A stretch of DNA of 64,000 bases from Nemertoderma westbladi (GCA_032718475.1 JAUCBJ010006887.1:62001-126000); one strand, 5' to 3'; shown: positions 12,701 through 26,600, counted from the first letter of the stretch. Notes: generated from the letters alone by a model not told the origin. Made by a program: numbers and translations.

Positions 12701-15700
12701 AGTAAGTAACCCGCTGTCGAGCGGGCTCCTAAAGTATCCTGCAGATTTTTACAGTAAGTATCCCGCTGTCGAGCGGGCTCCTAAAGTAACCTGCAGATTT
12801 TTACAGTAAGTATCCACTGTCGAGCGGGCTCCTAAAGTATCCTGCAGATTTTTACAGTAAGTATCCCGCTGTCGAGCGGGCTCCTAAAGTATCCTGCAGA
12901 TTTTTACAGTAAGTATCCCGCTGTCGAGCGGGCTCCTAAAGTATCCTGCAGATTTTTACAGTAAGTATCCCGCTGTCGAGCGGGCTCCTAAAGTAACCTG
13001 CAGATTTTTACAGTAAGTATCCCGCTGTCGAGCGGGCTCCTAAAGTATCCTGCAGATTTTTACAGTAAGTATCCCGCTGTCGAGCGGGCTCCTAAAGTAA
13101 CCTGCAGATTTTTACAGTAAGTATCCACTGTCGAGCGGGCTCCTAAAGTATCCTGCAGATTTTTACAGTAAGTATCCCGCTGTCGAGCGGGCTCCTAAAG
13201 TATCCTGCAGATTTTTACAGTAAGTATCCCGCTGTCGAGCGGGCTCCTAAAGTAACCTGCAGATTTTTACAGTAAGTATCCCGCTGTCGAGCGGGCTCCT
13301 AAAGTATCCTGCAGATTTTTACAGTAAGTATCCCGCTGTCGAGCGGGCTCCTAAAGTATCCTGCAGATTTTTACAGTAAGTATCCACTGTCGAGCGGGCT
13401 CCTAAAGTAACCTGCAGATTTTTACAGTAAGTATCCTGCAGATTTTTACAGTAAGTAACCTGCAGATTTTTACAGTAAGAATCCTGCAGATTTTTACAGT
13501 AAGTAACCCGCTGTCGAGCGGGCTCCTAAAGTAACCTGCAGATTTTTACAGTAAGTATCCTGCAGATTTTTACAGTAAGTAACCTGCAGATTTTTACAGT
13601 AAGAATCCTGCAGATTTTTACAGTAAGTAACCCGCTGTCGAGCGGGTTCCTAAAGTAACCTGCAGATTTTTACAGTAAGTATCCCGCTGTCGAGCGGGCT
13701 CCTAAAGTAACCTGCAGATTTTTACAGTAAGTATCCCGCTGTCGAGCGGGCTCCTAAAGTAACCTGCAGATTTTTACAGTAAGTATCCTGCAGATTTTTA
13801 CAGTAAGTATCCCGCTGTCGAGCGGGCTTCTAAAGTATCCTGCAGATTTTTACAGTAAGTATCCCGCTGTCGAGCGGGCTCCTAAAGTATCCTGCAGATT
13901 TTTACAGTAAGTAACCTGCAGATTTTTACAGTAAGTAACCTGCAGATTTTTACAGTAAGTATCCTGCAGATTTTTACAGTAAGTATCCCGCTGTCGAGCG
14001 GGCTCCTAAAGTAACCTGCAGATTTTTACAGTAAGTATCCCGCTGTCGAGCGGGCTCCTAAAGTATCCTGCAGATTTTTACAGTAAGTATCCACTGTCGA
14101 GCGGGCTCCTAAAGTAACCTGCAGATTTTTACAGTAAGTATCCTGCAGATTTTTACAGTAAGTAACCTGCAGATTTTTACAGTAAGAATCCTGCAGATTT
14201 TTACAGTAAGTAACCCGCTGTCGAGCGGGCTCCTAAAGTAACCTGCAGATTTTTACAGTAAGTATCCTGCAGATTTTTACAGTAAGTAACCTGCAGATTT
14301 TTACAGTAAGAATCCTGCAGATTTTTACAGTAAGTAACCCGCTGTCGAGCGGGCTCCTAAAGTAACCTGCAGATTTTTACAGTAAGTATCCCGCTGTCGA
14401 GCGGGCTCCTAAAGTAACCTGCAGATTTTTACAGTAAGTATCCCGCTGTCGAGCAGGCTCCTAAAGTAACCTGCAGATTTTTACAGTAAGTATCCTGCAG
14501 ATTTTTACAGTAAGTATCCCGCTGTCGAGCGGGCTCCTAAAGTATCCTGCAGATTTTTACAGTAAGTATCCCGCTGTCGAGCGGGCTCCTAAAGTATCCT
14601 GCAGATTTTTACAGTAAGTAACCTGCAGATTTTTACAGTAAGTAACCTGCAGATTTTTACAGTAAGTAACCTGCAGATTTTTACAGTAAGTATCCTGCAG
14701 ATTTTTACAGTAAGTATCCCGCTGTCGAGCGGGCTCCTAAAGTAACCTGCAGATTTTTACAGTAAGTATCCCGCTGTCGAGCGGGCTCCTAAAGTATCCT
14801 GCAGATTTTTACAGTAAGTATCCTGCAGATTTTTACAGTAAGTATCCTGCAGATTTTTACAGTAAGTATCCCGCTGTCGAGCGGGCTCCTAAAGTATCCT
14901 GCAGATTTTTACAGTAAGTATCCTGCAGATTTTTACAGTAAGTATCCCGCTGTCGAGCGGGCTCCTAAAGTATCCTGCAGATTTTTACAGTAAGTATCCC
15001 GCTGTCGAGCGGGCTCCTAAAGTAACCTGCAGATTTTTACAGTAAGTATCCCGCTGTCGAGCGGGCTCCTAAAGTATCCTGCAGATTTTTACAGTAAGTA
15101 TCCGCTGTCGAGCGGGCTCCTAAAGTATCCTGCAGATTTTTACAGTAAGTATCCTGCAGATTTTTACAGTAAGTATCCTGCAGATTTTTACAGTAAGTAT
15201 CCTGCAGATTTTTACAGTAAGTATCCACTGTTGAGCGGGCTCCTAAAGTATCCTGCAGATTTTTACAGTAAGTATCCCGCTGTCGAGCGGGCTCCTAAAG
15301 TATCCTGCAGATTTTTACAGTAAGTATCCGCTGTCGAGCGGGCTCCTAAAGTATCCTGCAGATTTTTACAGTAAGTATCCGCTGTCGAGCGGGCTCCTAA
15401 AGTATCCTGCAGATTTTTACAGTAAGTATCCACTGTTGAGCGGGCTCCTAAAGTATCCTGCAGATTTTTACAGTAAGTATCCTGCAGATTTTTACAGTAA
15501 GTATCCCGCTGTCGAGCGGGCTCCTAAAGTAACCTGCAGATTTTTACAGTAAGTATCCCGCTGTCGAGCGGGCTCCTAAAGTAACCTGCAGATTTTTACA
15601 GTAAGTATCCCGCTGTCGAGCGGGCTCCTAAAGTATCCTGCAGATTTTTACAGTAAGTATCCCGCTGTCGAGCGGGCTCCTAAAGTATCCTGCAGATTTT

Positions 15701-18700
15701 TACAGTAAGTATCCCGCTGTCGAGCGGGCTCCTAAAGTATCCTGCAGATTTTTACAGTAAGTATCCGCTGTCGAGCGGGCTCCTAAAGTATCCTGCAGAT
15801 TTTTACAGTAAGTATCCACTGTTGAGCGGGCTCCTAAAGTATCCTGCAGATTTTTACAGTAAGTATCCGCTGTCGAGCGGGCTCCTAAAGTATCCTGCAG
15901 ATTTTTACAGTAAGTATCCGCTGTCGAGCGGGCTCCTAAAGTATCCTGCAGATTTTTACAGTAAGTATCCCGCTGTCGAGCGGGCTCCTAAAGTATCCTG
16001 CAGATTTTTACAGTAAGTATCCACTGTTGAGCGGGCTCCTAAAGTATCCTGCAGATTTTTACAGTAAGTATCCGCTGTCGAGCGGGCTCCTAAAGTATCC
16101 TGCAGATTTTTACAGTAAGTATCCCGCTGTCGAGCGGGCTCCTAAAGTATCCTGCAGATTTTTACAGTAAGTATCCGCTGTCGAGCGGGCTCCTAAAGTA
16201 TCCTGCAGATTTTTACAGTAAGTATCCACTGTTGAGCGGGCTCCTAAAGTATCCTGCAGATTTTTACGGTAAGTATCCTGCAGATTTTTACAGTAAGTAT
16301 CCCGCTGTCGAGCGGGCTCCTAAAGTATCCTGCAGATTTTTACAGTAAGTATCCCGCTGTCGAGCGGGCTCCTAAAGTATCCTGCAGATTTTTACAGTAA
16401 GTATCCTGCAGATTTTTACAGTAAGTATCCCGCTGTCGAGCGGGCTCCTAAAGTATCCCGCAGATTTTTACAGTAAGTATCCTGCAGATTTTTACAGTAA
16501 GTATCCCGCTGTCGAGCGGGCTCCTAAAGTATCCTGCAGATTTTTACAGTAAGTATCCTGCAGATTTTTACAGTAAGTATCCTGCAGATTTTTACAGTAA
16601 GTATCCCGCTGTCGAGCGGGCTCCTAAAGTATCCCGCAGATTTTTACAGTAAGTATCCGCTGTCGAGCGGGCTCCTAAAGTATCCTGCAGATTTTTACAG
16701 TAAGTATCCCGCTGTCGAGCGGGCTCCTAAAGTATCCTGCAGATTTTTACAGTAAGTATCCTGCAGATTTTTACAGTAAGTATCCCGCTGTCGAGCGGGC
16801 TCCTAAAGTATCCTGCAGATTTTTACAGTAAGTATCCCGCTGTCGAGCGGGCTCCTAAAGTAACCTGCAGATTTTTACAGTAAGTATCCACTGTTGAGCG
16901 GGCTCCTAAAGTATCCTGCAGATTTTTACAGTAAGTATCCTGCAGATTTTTACAGTAAGTATCCTGCAGATTTTTACAGTAAGTATCCCGCTGTCGAGCG
17001 GGCTCCTAAAGTAACCTGCAGATTTTTACAGTAAGTATCCCGCTGTCGAGCGGGCTCCTAAAGTATCCTGCAGATTTTTACAGTAAGTATCCCGCTGTCG
17101 AGCGGGCTCCTAAAGTATCCTGCAGATTTTTACAGTAAGTATCCCGCTGTCGAGCGGGCTCCTAAAGTATCCTGCAGATTTTTACAGTAAGTATCCCGCT
17201 GTCGAGCGGGCTCCTAAAGTATCCTGCAGATTTTTACAGTAAGTATCCCGCTGTCGAGCGGGCTCCTAAAGTATCCCGCAGATTTTTACAGTAAGTATCC
17301 GCTGTCGAGCGGGCTCCTAAAGTATCCTGCAGATTTTTACAGTAAGTATCCCGCTGTCGAGCGGGCTCCTAAAGTATCCTGCAGATTTTTACAGTAAGTA
17401 TCCTGCAGATTTTTACAGTAAGTATCCCGCTGTCGAGCGGGCTCCTAAAGTATCCTGCAGATTTTTACAGTAAGTATCCCGCTGTCGAGCGGGCTCCTAA
17501 AGTATCCTGCAGATTTTTACAGTAAGTATCCCGCTGTCGAGCGGGCTCCTAAAGTATCCTGCAGATTTTTACAGTAAGTATCCACTGTTGAGCGGGCTCC
17601 TAAAGTATCCTGCAGATTTTTACAGTAAGTATCCCGCTGTCGAGCGGGCTCCTAAAGTAACCTGCAGATTTTTACAGTAAGTATCCACTGTTGAGCGGGC
17701 TCCTAAAGTATCCTGCAGATTTTTACAGTAAGTATCCCGCTGTCGAGCGGGCTCCTAAAGTAACCTGCAGATTTTTACAGTAAGTATCCACTGTTGAGCG
17801 GGCTCCTAAAGTATCCTGCAGATTTTTACAGTAAGTATCCGCTGTCGAGCGGGCTCCTAAAGTATCCTGCAGATTTTTACAGTAAGTATCCCGCTGTCGA
17901 GCGGGCTCCTAAAGTATCCTGCAGATTTTTACAGTAAGTATCCCGCTGTCGAGCGGGCTCCTAAAGTATCCTGCAGATTTTTACAGTAAGTATCCCGCTG
18001 TCGATCGGGCTCCTAAAGTATCCTGCAGATTTTTACAGTAAGTATCCCGCTGTCGAGCGGGCTCCTAAAGTATCCCGCTGATTTTTACAGTAAGTATCCC
18101 GCTGTCGAGCGGGCTCCTAAAGTATCCTGCAGATTTTTACAGTAAGTATCCCGCTGTCGAGCGGGGTCCTAAAGTATCCCGCTGATTTTTACAGTAAGTA
18201 TCCCGCTGTCGAGCGGGCTCCTAAAGTATCCTGCAGATTTTTACAGTAAGTAACCTGCTGTCGAGCGGGCTCCTAAAGTATCCTGCAGATTTTTACAGTA
18301 AGTATCCCGCTGTCGAGCAGACTCCTAAAGTATCCCGCTGATTTTTACAGTAAGTATCCCGCTGTCGAGCGGGCTCCTAAAGTATCCTGCAGATTTTTAC
18401 AGTAAGTATCCCGCTGTCGAGCGGGCTCCTAAAGTATCCCGCTGATTTTTACAGTAAGTATCCCGCTGTCGAGCGGGCTCCTAAAGTAACCTGCAGATTT
18501 TTACAGTAAATAACCTGCAGATTTTTACAGTAAGTATCCCGCTGTCGAGCGGGCTCCTAAAGTATCCCGCTGATTTTTACAGTAAGTATCCCGCTGTCGA
18601 GCGGGCTCCTAAAGTATCCCGCTGATTTTTACAGTAAGTATCCCGCTGTCGAGCGGGCTCCTAAAGTATCCTGCAGATTTTTACAGTAAGTAACCTGCTG

Positions 18701-20196
18701 TCGAGCGGGCTCCTAAAGTATCCCGCTGATTTTTACAGTAAGTATCCTGCAGATTTTTACAGTAAGTATCCTGCAGATTTTTACAGTAAGTATCCTGCAG
18801 ATTTTTACAGTAAGTATCCGCTGTCGAGCGGGCTCCTAAAGTATCCTGCAGATTTTTACAGTAAGTATCCTGCAGATTTTTACAGTAAGTATCCTGCAGA
18901 TTTTTACAGTAAGTATCCTGCAGATTTTTACAGTAAGTATCCTGCAGATTTTTACAGTAAGTATCCGCTGTCGAGCGGGCTCCTAAAGTATCCTGCAGAT
19001 TTTTACAGTAAGTATCCGCTGTCGAGCGGGCTCCTAAAGTATCCTGCAGATTTTTACAGTAAGTATCCGCTGTCGAGCGGGCTCCTAAAGTAACCTGCAG
19101 ATTTTTACAGTAAGTATCCTGCAGATTTTTACAGTAAGTATCCTGCAGATTTTTACAGTAAGTATCCTGCAGATTTTTACAGTAAGTAACCTGCAGATTT
19201 TTACAGTAAGTAACCCGCTGTCGAGCGGGCTCCTAAAGTATCCTGCAGATTTTTACAGTAAGTATCCGCTGTCGAGCGGGCTCCTAAAGTATCCCGCTGA
19301 TTTTTACAGTAAGTATCCGCTGTCGAGCGGGCTCCTAAAGTATCCTGTAGATTTTTACAGTAAGTATCCGCTGTCGAGCGGGCTCCTAAAGTAACCTGCA
19401 GATTTTTACAGTAAGTATCCTGCAGATTTTTACAGTAAGTATCCTGCAGATTTTTACAGTAAGTATCCTGCAGATTTTTACAGTAAGTAACCTGCAGATT
19501 TTTACAGTAAGTAACCCGCTGTCGAGCGGGCTCCTAAAGTATCCTGCAGATTTTTACAGTAAGTATCCTGCAGATTTTTACAGTAAGTATCCGCTGTCGA
19601 GCGGGCTCCTAAAGTATCCTGCAGATTTTTACAGTAAGTATCCTGCAGATTTTTACAGTAAGTATCCTGCAGATTTTTACAGTAAGTATCCTGCAGATTT
19701 TTACAGTAAGTAACCTGCAGATTTTTACAGTAAGTAACCCGCTGTCGAGCGGGCTCCTAAAGTATCCTGCAGATTTTTACAGTAAGTATCCCGCTGTCGA
19801 GCGGGCTCCTAAAGTATCCCGCTGATTTTTACAGTAAGTATCCGCTGTCGAGCGGGCTCCTAAAGTATCCTGCAGATTTTTACAGTAAGTATCTTGCAGA
19901 TTTTTACAGTAAGTAACCTGCTGTCGAGCGGGCTCCTAAAGTATCCTGCAGATTTTTACAGTAAGTAACCCGCTGTCGAGCGGGCTCCTAAAGTATCCTG
20001 CAGATTTTTACAGTAAGTAACCCGCTGTCGAGCGGGCTCCTAAAGTATCCTGAGGATTTTTACAGTAAGTATCCTGCAGATTTTTACAGTAAGTATCCGC
20101 TGTCGAGCGGGCTCCTAAAGTATCCTGCAGATTTTTACAGTAAGTAACCCGCTGTCGAGTGGGCTCCTAAAGTATCCCGCTGATTTTTACAGTAAG
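3769..20196. repeat. Satellite array, left part (~16.4 kb): subunit A aagtatcctgcagatttttacagt (24 bp) and subunit B aagtatcc(c)gctgtcgagcgggctccta (27/28 bp)
   Basis: Hundreds of near-identical tandem copies with pattern B-A(1-5). Confidence 0.99.
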
Positions 20197-21420
20197 TGTA
20201 AAAGCTTCTGTGGGATATAACTGGCCCCTTTTGCTTCGCAATCCAGTTTCCCCCCAGGCGCTGGAATACTCTAAAAAGGTTCTCTAACTGTATATATATT
20301 CCCCTCGCCCGCAAGGTACCGTTACAGGTGTTTTAACGGACATAAAAGTCATTCTGCTATATACGTGTTTTGGCGGACATGGTAAGGCAAAAAACCTGCA
20401 ATGCACCAACTACCTTTCACAGCTTAGCCGTGATGATTCATATTACGACATCTAACAGCTGGTTGCTGACATGGAAACAGCCATTGGATGCATGGTTCTT
20501 TGTTTGGCTTGAGCCAATCAGAGCGTTTTTTCCTGTCGACGTGTAGCTTTTCGGCCGATCATAAGGAGAGTGTTCAGTCTTACTGTTTTTACTTGATACT
20601 TTGTTGTTATTGCTGTCTAAGCCAGAAACACCGGCTCTAAGAACTCTAGTAAAACTGCTTAGATTATAGAAAGTATAACTGTTACCGGCGGTGTTACCTC
20701 ACTTAATGCACTAATCATATTGTTTGTACTGCTATTTACCGTCAGTTATTAATTGTATCTATTTGTTGATGGAAATATTGCTCTTTGGAGAATACGGATA
20801 AATCACCCAAAATTCCCAATTTTCTTGATACACTACAGGTTAGAGAGGCGGGCTATATATAACAATTGCGATTTATATCAATGTGGTGTGTATTGAATCT
20901 AATGTTATTTAGTAGACACTACCTGAGTCAATTGCTGTTCTCTTTATGTGTGATCAAATATACTGACGGTCGGCAGAATAGTGTGCATGATTGTGAGTGT
21001 GATGTGACTGGTAACAAAGCATTTCCTAAAGAATGCGACTTATACTTTAATCATAAGCCTTATCGTTGCGTTTAGTATAAGTCCTAGCTCTGTGTAAATA
21101 GATAGAGCGCCACGTCCTAAAGGAACTGTTAATATTTCCCGAAAGTTAATAATATCTGTCAGAAATTACATTTTAGTGATCTATCGAATAATACAATAGG
21201 TTTACACTGCAACCTTACACTGCAATAATAAAATCTAAGCATCCGAATTCAGCCTCCCGGGTGTAGATCCATCGGGTGAATGATCGCGCATGGGCTGGCT
21301 TCGGCTAATGTTTTGTTTATTAGCATAAAATATTGTCGTATGCTAAAGGTGTGTTAATTAACTAAAAGACATATAAATTTTGGCAGGTTAAACTGCTAAA
21401 GGTCTTCAAAAGCGCGAACA
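20197..21420 (+). repeat. E2 5' LTR
   Basis: Direct repeat of 30846-32069 with TG...CA ends; the ORF track shows the same 69-aa translation in both copies. Confidence 0.97.
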
Positions 21421-21440
21421 GTAACAGTTATACTTTCTAT
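21421..21440 (+). promoter_or_regulatory. E2 primer-binding site, non-tRNA type, complementary to its own LTR
   Basis: gtaacagttatactttctat is the exact reverse complement of 20666-20685 (atagaaagtataactgttac); it does not start with TGG. Confidence 0.8.
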
Positions 21441-21784
21441 TGCAGTGTAAGCATTAAATACAGTTTAATACTGTTCTGTCGAACAGTAACAGTTATAATC
21501 TTATTGCAGTAGGCAATAAGGTTGCAAAATACCGTAGTGACTGGTAAAACTGAACCGGTACTCTGTAGGTCAGTAGGCCTAACTGTCATCACCGGTACCG
21601 GTACTGCTGTACAAGTACATTTAGTATTATTTCGATTGTGATCTATTGTATATTGTAGGCTGCCAGGGGAATAGGGATTGATCACCCCTCATTCTTTTGT
21701 ATAGTTTACTTATTTCTGTCGGTTTTATTTACTAGTAGGCTAATATTGAGCAGAAGGCGTGTGACCCTGCTCAGATTGTTCAGA

Positions 21785-22350
21785 TAATTGTAGGCTGAGC
21801 TGCTGTCTGACTGTTGTTGAGTTTGGAGAGATTGCGGTGTGTGTAGAGTTGGTCTGATAAAGTGCCGTTAGTAAGTTGGGGCAGCCATATGCTGAAGGTC
21901 AATCCCCTCTTAAAGAATAAGTCGTACTACCGTGTTAGAACGCATACTAACTAACAGTTTCAGAATCTGCATATACTGTAGTTTATTTAGGCTTGATTGT
22001 AGTCTGTCAGTGTTTTAGCCTGTGTTTGTTTGTGTGGTCTGTTCAGGTACCGTAATAGTTATTACTCAAATATTTGTAGGCTGGATTGTTGTCTAGCTAT
22101 TTTTAGGTCTGAAGGGATTGCTGCGTGTGTAGAGTTGGTCTGATAAAGTGCCGTTAGTAAGTTGGGGCAGCCATATGCTGAAGGTCAATCCCCTCTTAAA
22201 GAATAAGTCGTACTACCGTGTTAGAACGCATACTAACTAACAGTTTCAGAATCTGCACATACTGTAGTTTGTTTAGGCTTGATAGTAGTTTGCCAGCGTT
22301 TGGTTTGTATTTGTTTCAGTATTCTGTACGGGTAGCGTAATATTTATTAT
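21785..22350 (+). repeat. ~286-bp tandem duplication in the E2 5' leader with an identical ~132-bp core
   Basis: gtgtgtagagttggtctgataaag...cagaatctgca starts at 21839 and at 22125; flanks are diverged. Confidence 0.9.
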
Positions 22351-23279
22351 TCAGAGTTTATGCGATTATTCGCAACATTCATGTCCCCAAGTTTATTCCT
22401 ACAGTAATTGTGCTTGTTATACATACCGTTATAGTTAAACTAACCCCAGTACTACATCAGGGCTGCTCGGCGTAGGTAAAGACTGGAGATTTTGTGCTTC
22501 GGTCACTCCAGCAGATGCCGTGGTTCTTTTAACTGTTCAAGTATATTTAACTACTGATTATTTGTTATACCGGTACTTGTACCTAATTTAGGGTTTAGTG
22601 TACAGTGCTTCCGAAGTAATTAGTGTAGGCAGTATATTTGTGTTGTAAAGTGGTTGATAGGCACATTCGTTAGCTCTATTAGCTTCTGGGTAGGAACAAT
22701 CCGTGATACATAACGTAGTACCTATAGCGATACGGTTATAGGTCGTCAGGCGGTGGTATTTTCCTATCTGGACAGTACAATATATTTACTACTACTTATT
22801 ATTTAAATACCGTAGTACCCTGTCCTTTGTAATAACCAGAAATCTAACCCTTTGTTGGACTGGTTTGTAGACTTCCTGTAAAATTACCCTAAAAATTTTG
22901 TACGTAATATTTTGTTGTGTTTAATTAGAGAATTAATCTCACCCGTATCGTAAGTAATTTGTAGTATTAATTGTAACTTAGGTAAATTAGAATTATCAGT
23001 TTTAGTGTCAAATAAATAGCACTTCACTGAGAGGCGTTCAGCTTCTGTGTAGTGACTCCCCCAGAAATAATAACATTTATTTCAAATATTGACAAAAACC
23101 CATATAACGGGTATATAAATATTATAAATCAACTCAAACGATTTATAAATAGTAGGCCTGCCATACAACAACTAGGTCTCAATATCAGTTGGACTGCTGC
23201 TTAAATAACGGTAATAAAGTAAGTTAAAGTAACCAAGTAACCCTAAAATATTCAGAAATTCAATTATTCTAAAATAATT

Positions 23280-23535
23280 GACATACCGGTATTTACCATA
23301 GGCTTATTATATTTATTTCTATAAATTTGAGCTGAAATCATACCGGTATTCTGTAATTAATTCTAGTAATAATTATACTTATATATACTATAAGTGTCAG
23401 CTGTATACCGGTATTCACGATAGGCCTATTATATATTTATATATATTTGTGCTAAAATTATATACCGGTATTCTGTGACAAATCTAGTCTGTAATAATAC
23501 TTATATATATATTATAAGCATACCGGTATTCTAAT
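23280..23535 (+). repeat. Degenerate ~60-bp tandem repeat carrying palindromic TACCGGTA in the E2 leader
   Basis: ataccggtatt recurs five times at ~57-65 bp spacing. Confidence 0.7.
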
Positions 23536-23665
23536 ATATTATATATATATCACGCTACACTGAGTAGCAGTATCGGTAATTAATTATTAGGCTAACAGTG
23601 ATACTGAATTACTAGACTTGCTTTAACTGTAATATAGCAGTAGGCATTCAACTGTACAATCAAAC

Positions 23666-26600
23666 ATGGCTGACACAAGGCAAACTCTGTCAGATAGTCT
23701 CCTAGAAACAACAGCCTGTTTCTCAGATCAAAGTGTAGAGAATCCCAGACCGAGGTCTGAAACCCCTCATACTGTAAGAAGGGCAACCCCTGCAGTGGTT
23801 GTGTTAGAACCTAGGTTGGTAGAAAAGATTTCGCAATTTGCGAAGTTAGTGAAGCGCCGTTGGTCTGCCATAGGCACTCGGGCCCAAGTCAAGCGGGATC
23901 AAGAAGAAGCTATAAAACAGCAGCAACCTCCTAGCCAAGAACCGGGTCCTCAGTGGTCCGATAGCTCCAGTAGTTTGGATACTGTTGAGCGGACGCCAGA
24001 ACGCGGAGCGAAGATGGCGGATACGGTTTATGATGGGCGGCCAGCCTGTGGGGAATCAACCGACGCCACTTCTTCTCAAGTGGAAAGTGAGGTGGAAAGC
24101 GAAGTGGAAAGTGAGGTGGAAAGCGAAGTGGAAAGCGAGGTGGAAAGCGAAGTGGAAAGCGAATTAACATCAGCAGAGAAGCCGCGAACTAGAGACGCTA
24201 TCGACATTTATTTGTCCGACTATCAGCGATTCCTAGGAGACGAAGAGTTGAGGAGACGGCTGTCTGGACTTTCCCCTAATAGTGAAGGAACCAAGCTTGT
24301 GTTGGACGCAATCGATGCCGAAATGTTAGCTGCAAACCAAGCTGAATGTGATGAAAAACTCCGCCTCGTTAGAGTCCAAGAAGAACAAATAAAGAAAAGA
24401 AGGATAGAGGAACAAAAAACGGCGGCTATGGCGGAGGCTATAGCAGATGCAGAAGCAGAAAGAAAGGCAGCGGCGGCAGAAGTAGAAGCAGAAAGAAAAG
24501 CAGCAAAGGCGGCGGCTGCGGCAGATGCAGAAGCAGAAAGAAAGGTGGCAAAGGAAGTGAGAGAAGCAGAAAGAAGAGCATCTGAGCAGACTACCCAACT
24601 GGAGTTGGAGAATCTGCAAGAGACACAAGACAGTATAAATAAACAGTTTACTGCTAATCAAATGCAGATGATGAGTCGATCTACTCCCAAGCGCCAAGGA
24701 TACACATCATCGGAGGAAGGCGAGACCACCGATCCTGAAGGCGGAGGAAATAGATCTCGTCTAAGCAGGCGTAGAAAAACATCTCACCGTCATAAACTGC
24801 CTGATTTGCCCCCCGCTGTTAAAAGACAGCTAACTAGCACAGATTTAGGTAGTGCAGAACCCATAGAACAATTTATCCAGGTCAAAAGACTCCCTACTAT
24901 AGTCGATGAACCTGAAATAATTAGGCCTGTAGTTCCCAAAGTCACTTCTGTGCTAGAGACCCCTACACTTCCAGAGCTTAACTCTAAATTCCCTTTACAT
25001 AGCACTACACTGCCTGTACCCGGTGGAACAGTCCATGCAAATACCCCTGTCCAGATAGCAGAGAGAGAAATCAATAATTTGTCTCCCGTCGTCCCGCGTC
25101 AGCCCGCTACTATGTTGGCGACTCCCGCTTCGGCGGTTGAGTGGGTGGAGGAGGGACGGCGGGGGATGAATCTCCTGTTAGGACAGATGCAGGAGACTGT
25201 CCACCAACTTAAGGGAACGGTGAGGGAAAGTAGAGCAGAGTTGCAAGAAGTGCAGCAAAGTATCGCACTAGAACGCGATAAATTAGTCAATATACAAAAG
25301 GGCATACCAATACCCCCTGTAACATTGTGTCAACCTGTTAGGTCTGAAGTATTACATGCGCAAGGTGTGGAGCCTATACGCATCTATACTGCTAGTGAAG
25401 TTGAAACTCCTATAACAAACCCTATTAAGGGTGATTATAGACCTGTTATTAATGATATTCCCTATAGACCTGATAATGATCCTAGAAATTTATATACCGA
25501 TAATTCGATATTAAATAACACGATGGTCCAAGAAAGCTTTACGCGTCAGATGGCTAGAACAGAAGCCCGCCAAGCGGTCAAAGTTGGAGAGATCGTCAAA
25601 TTCAATGGAGATGAGATGAAATGGTTACCTTTCAACGAATATTACAAAGATAGCATACAGAACTCTGTACTATCTAACGGAGAGAAACTTAGATTCCTTA
25701 TCAAGTGCTTGGAAGGACCTCCCAAGTTAATGGCGTTAAAGTTTATTGGACATCCAGATGGATTAAGACAAGTTTGGGATACATTAAACATCAGGTATGG
25801 TAACAAGGATAACATAGCTAAGTATTTGTATACAAAATTAGTAGCCCCCCGACACTTCCTTAGTAGCGAGATTATAGAGTTTTCCGATGAGATTCAAGAG
25901 ATCTGTAGACAACTGGACTGGTTAGGTAAGTCGCATGAATATCAGAGTTCCATGGTCATTGGAGCCGTAGTCTCTACTTTACCAAAAGGTGGAGTATGTA
26001 CACGCTGGGACAAGAAAGTGTTGTACATGAATGAACAACAACGACGAAGTCCTACCATGGCTGATCTCATGTCTTTCTTAGATAGTGAAGTAAAATTACA
26101 ACTCATAAGGCAGGCCAGAGAGAAAACATCGGAAAATAAGGTAAGTGAGAAACCCGATTCTAGGAGAAGGATAATACCAGTGTGTTATACTGACGACGGC
26201 GAAAGCCAAGCTTCTCAAGAAGAGGACAGCGGGAAAGACACAGCAAAATCTTACTATAACAACAAGACCTATAAAGACGTAAGTAAATACAAGTCTCGAA
26301 CCAGTGACAGGAGAGAACAGGTAACAACAACTCCTCCTACGTCTCCTAAGAGAATTCACGGAAGAAAGCCCGAAGAAAGAACGAGAGTGCAGAACGTTAA
26401 CCAAGTTAAGGTGAGTAACATCAAACCAAAATGTGCGCTGTGCGACGGGCCCCACCGTTTGAGTGCGTGTGCAGAATTCCTAAAGAAATCCATGGCAGAT
26501 AGACGTGGAGTCCTGTGGGATAAGCGGTTATGTTATAACTGTCTCAGACGCGGACACCAGCGGCGAACCTGTTACTCTGACGCAAGGTGTGCTAAGTGCG

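Noticed and set aside
3484-16016. Short ORFs within the satellite (KYPADFYS / DTYCKNLQ repeats)
   Set aside because: By-products of the 24-bp periodicity, mostly with non-ATG starts.
21235-21312. HDV-like ribozyme in the E2 LTR (cagcctcccggg...gcttcggctaatg)
   Set aside because: I could not build P1, P1.1 (no GG after the P1 3' strand) or P2; the resemblance is superficial.
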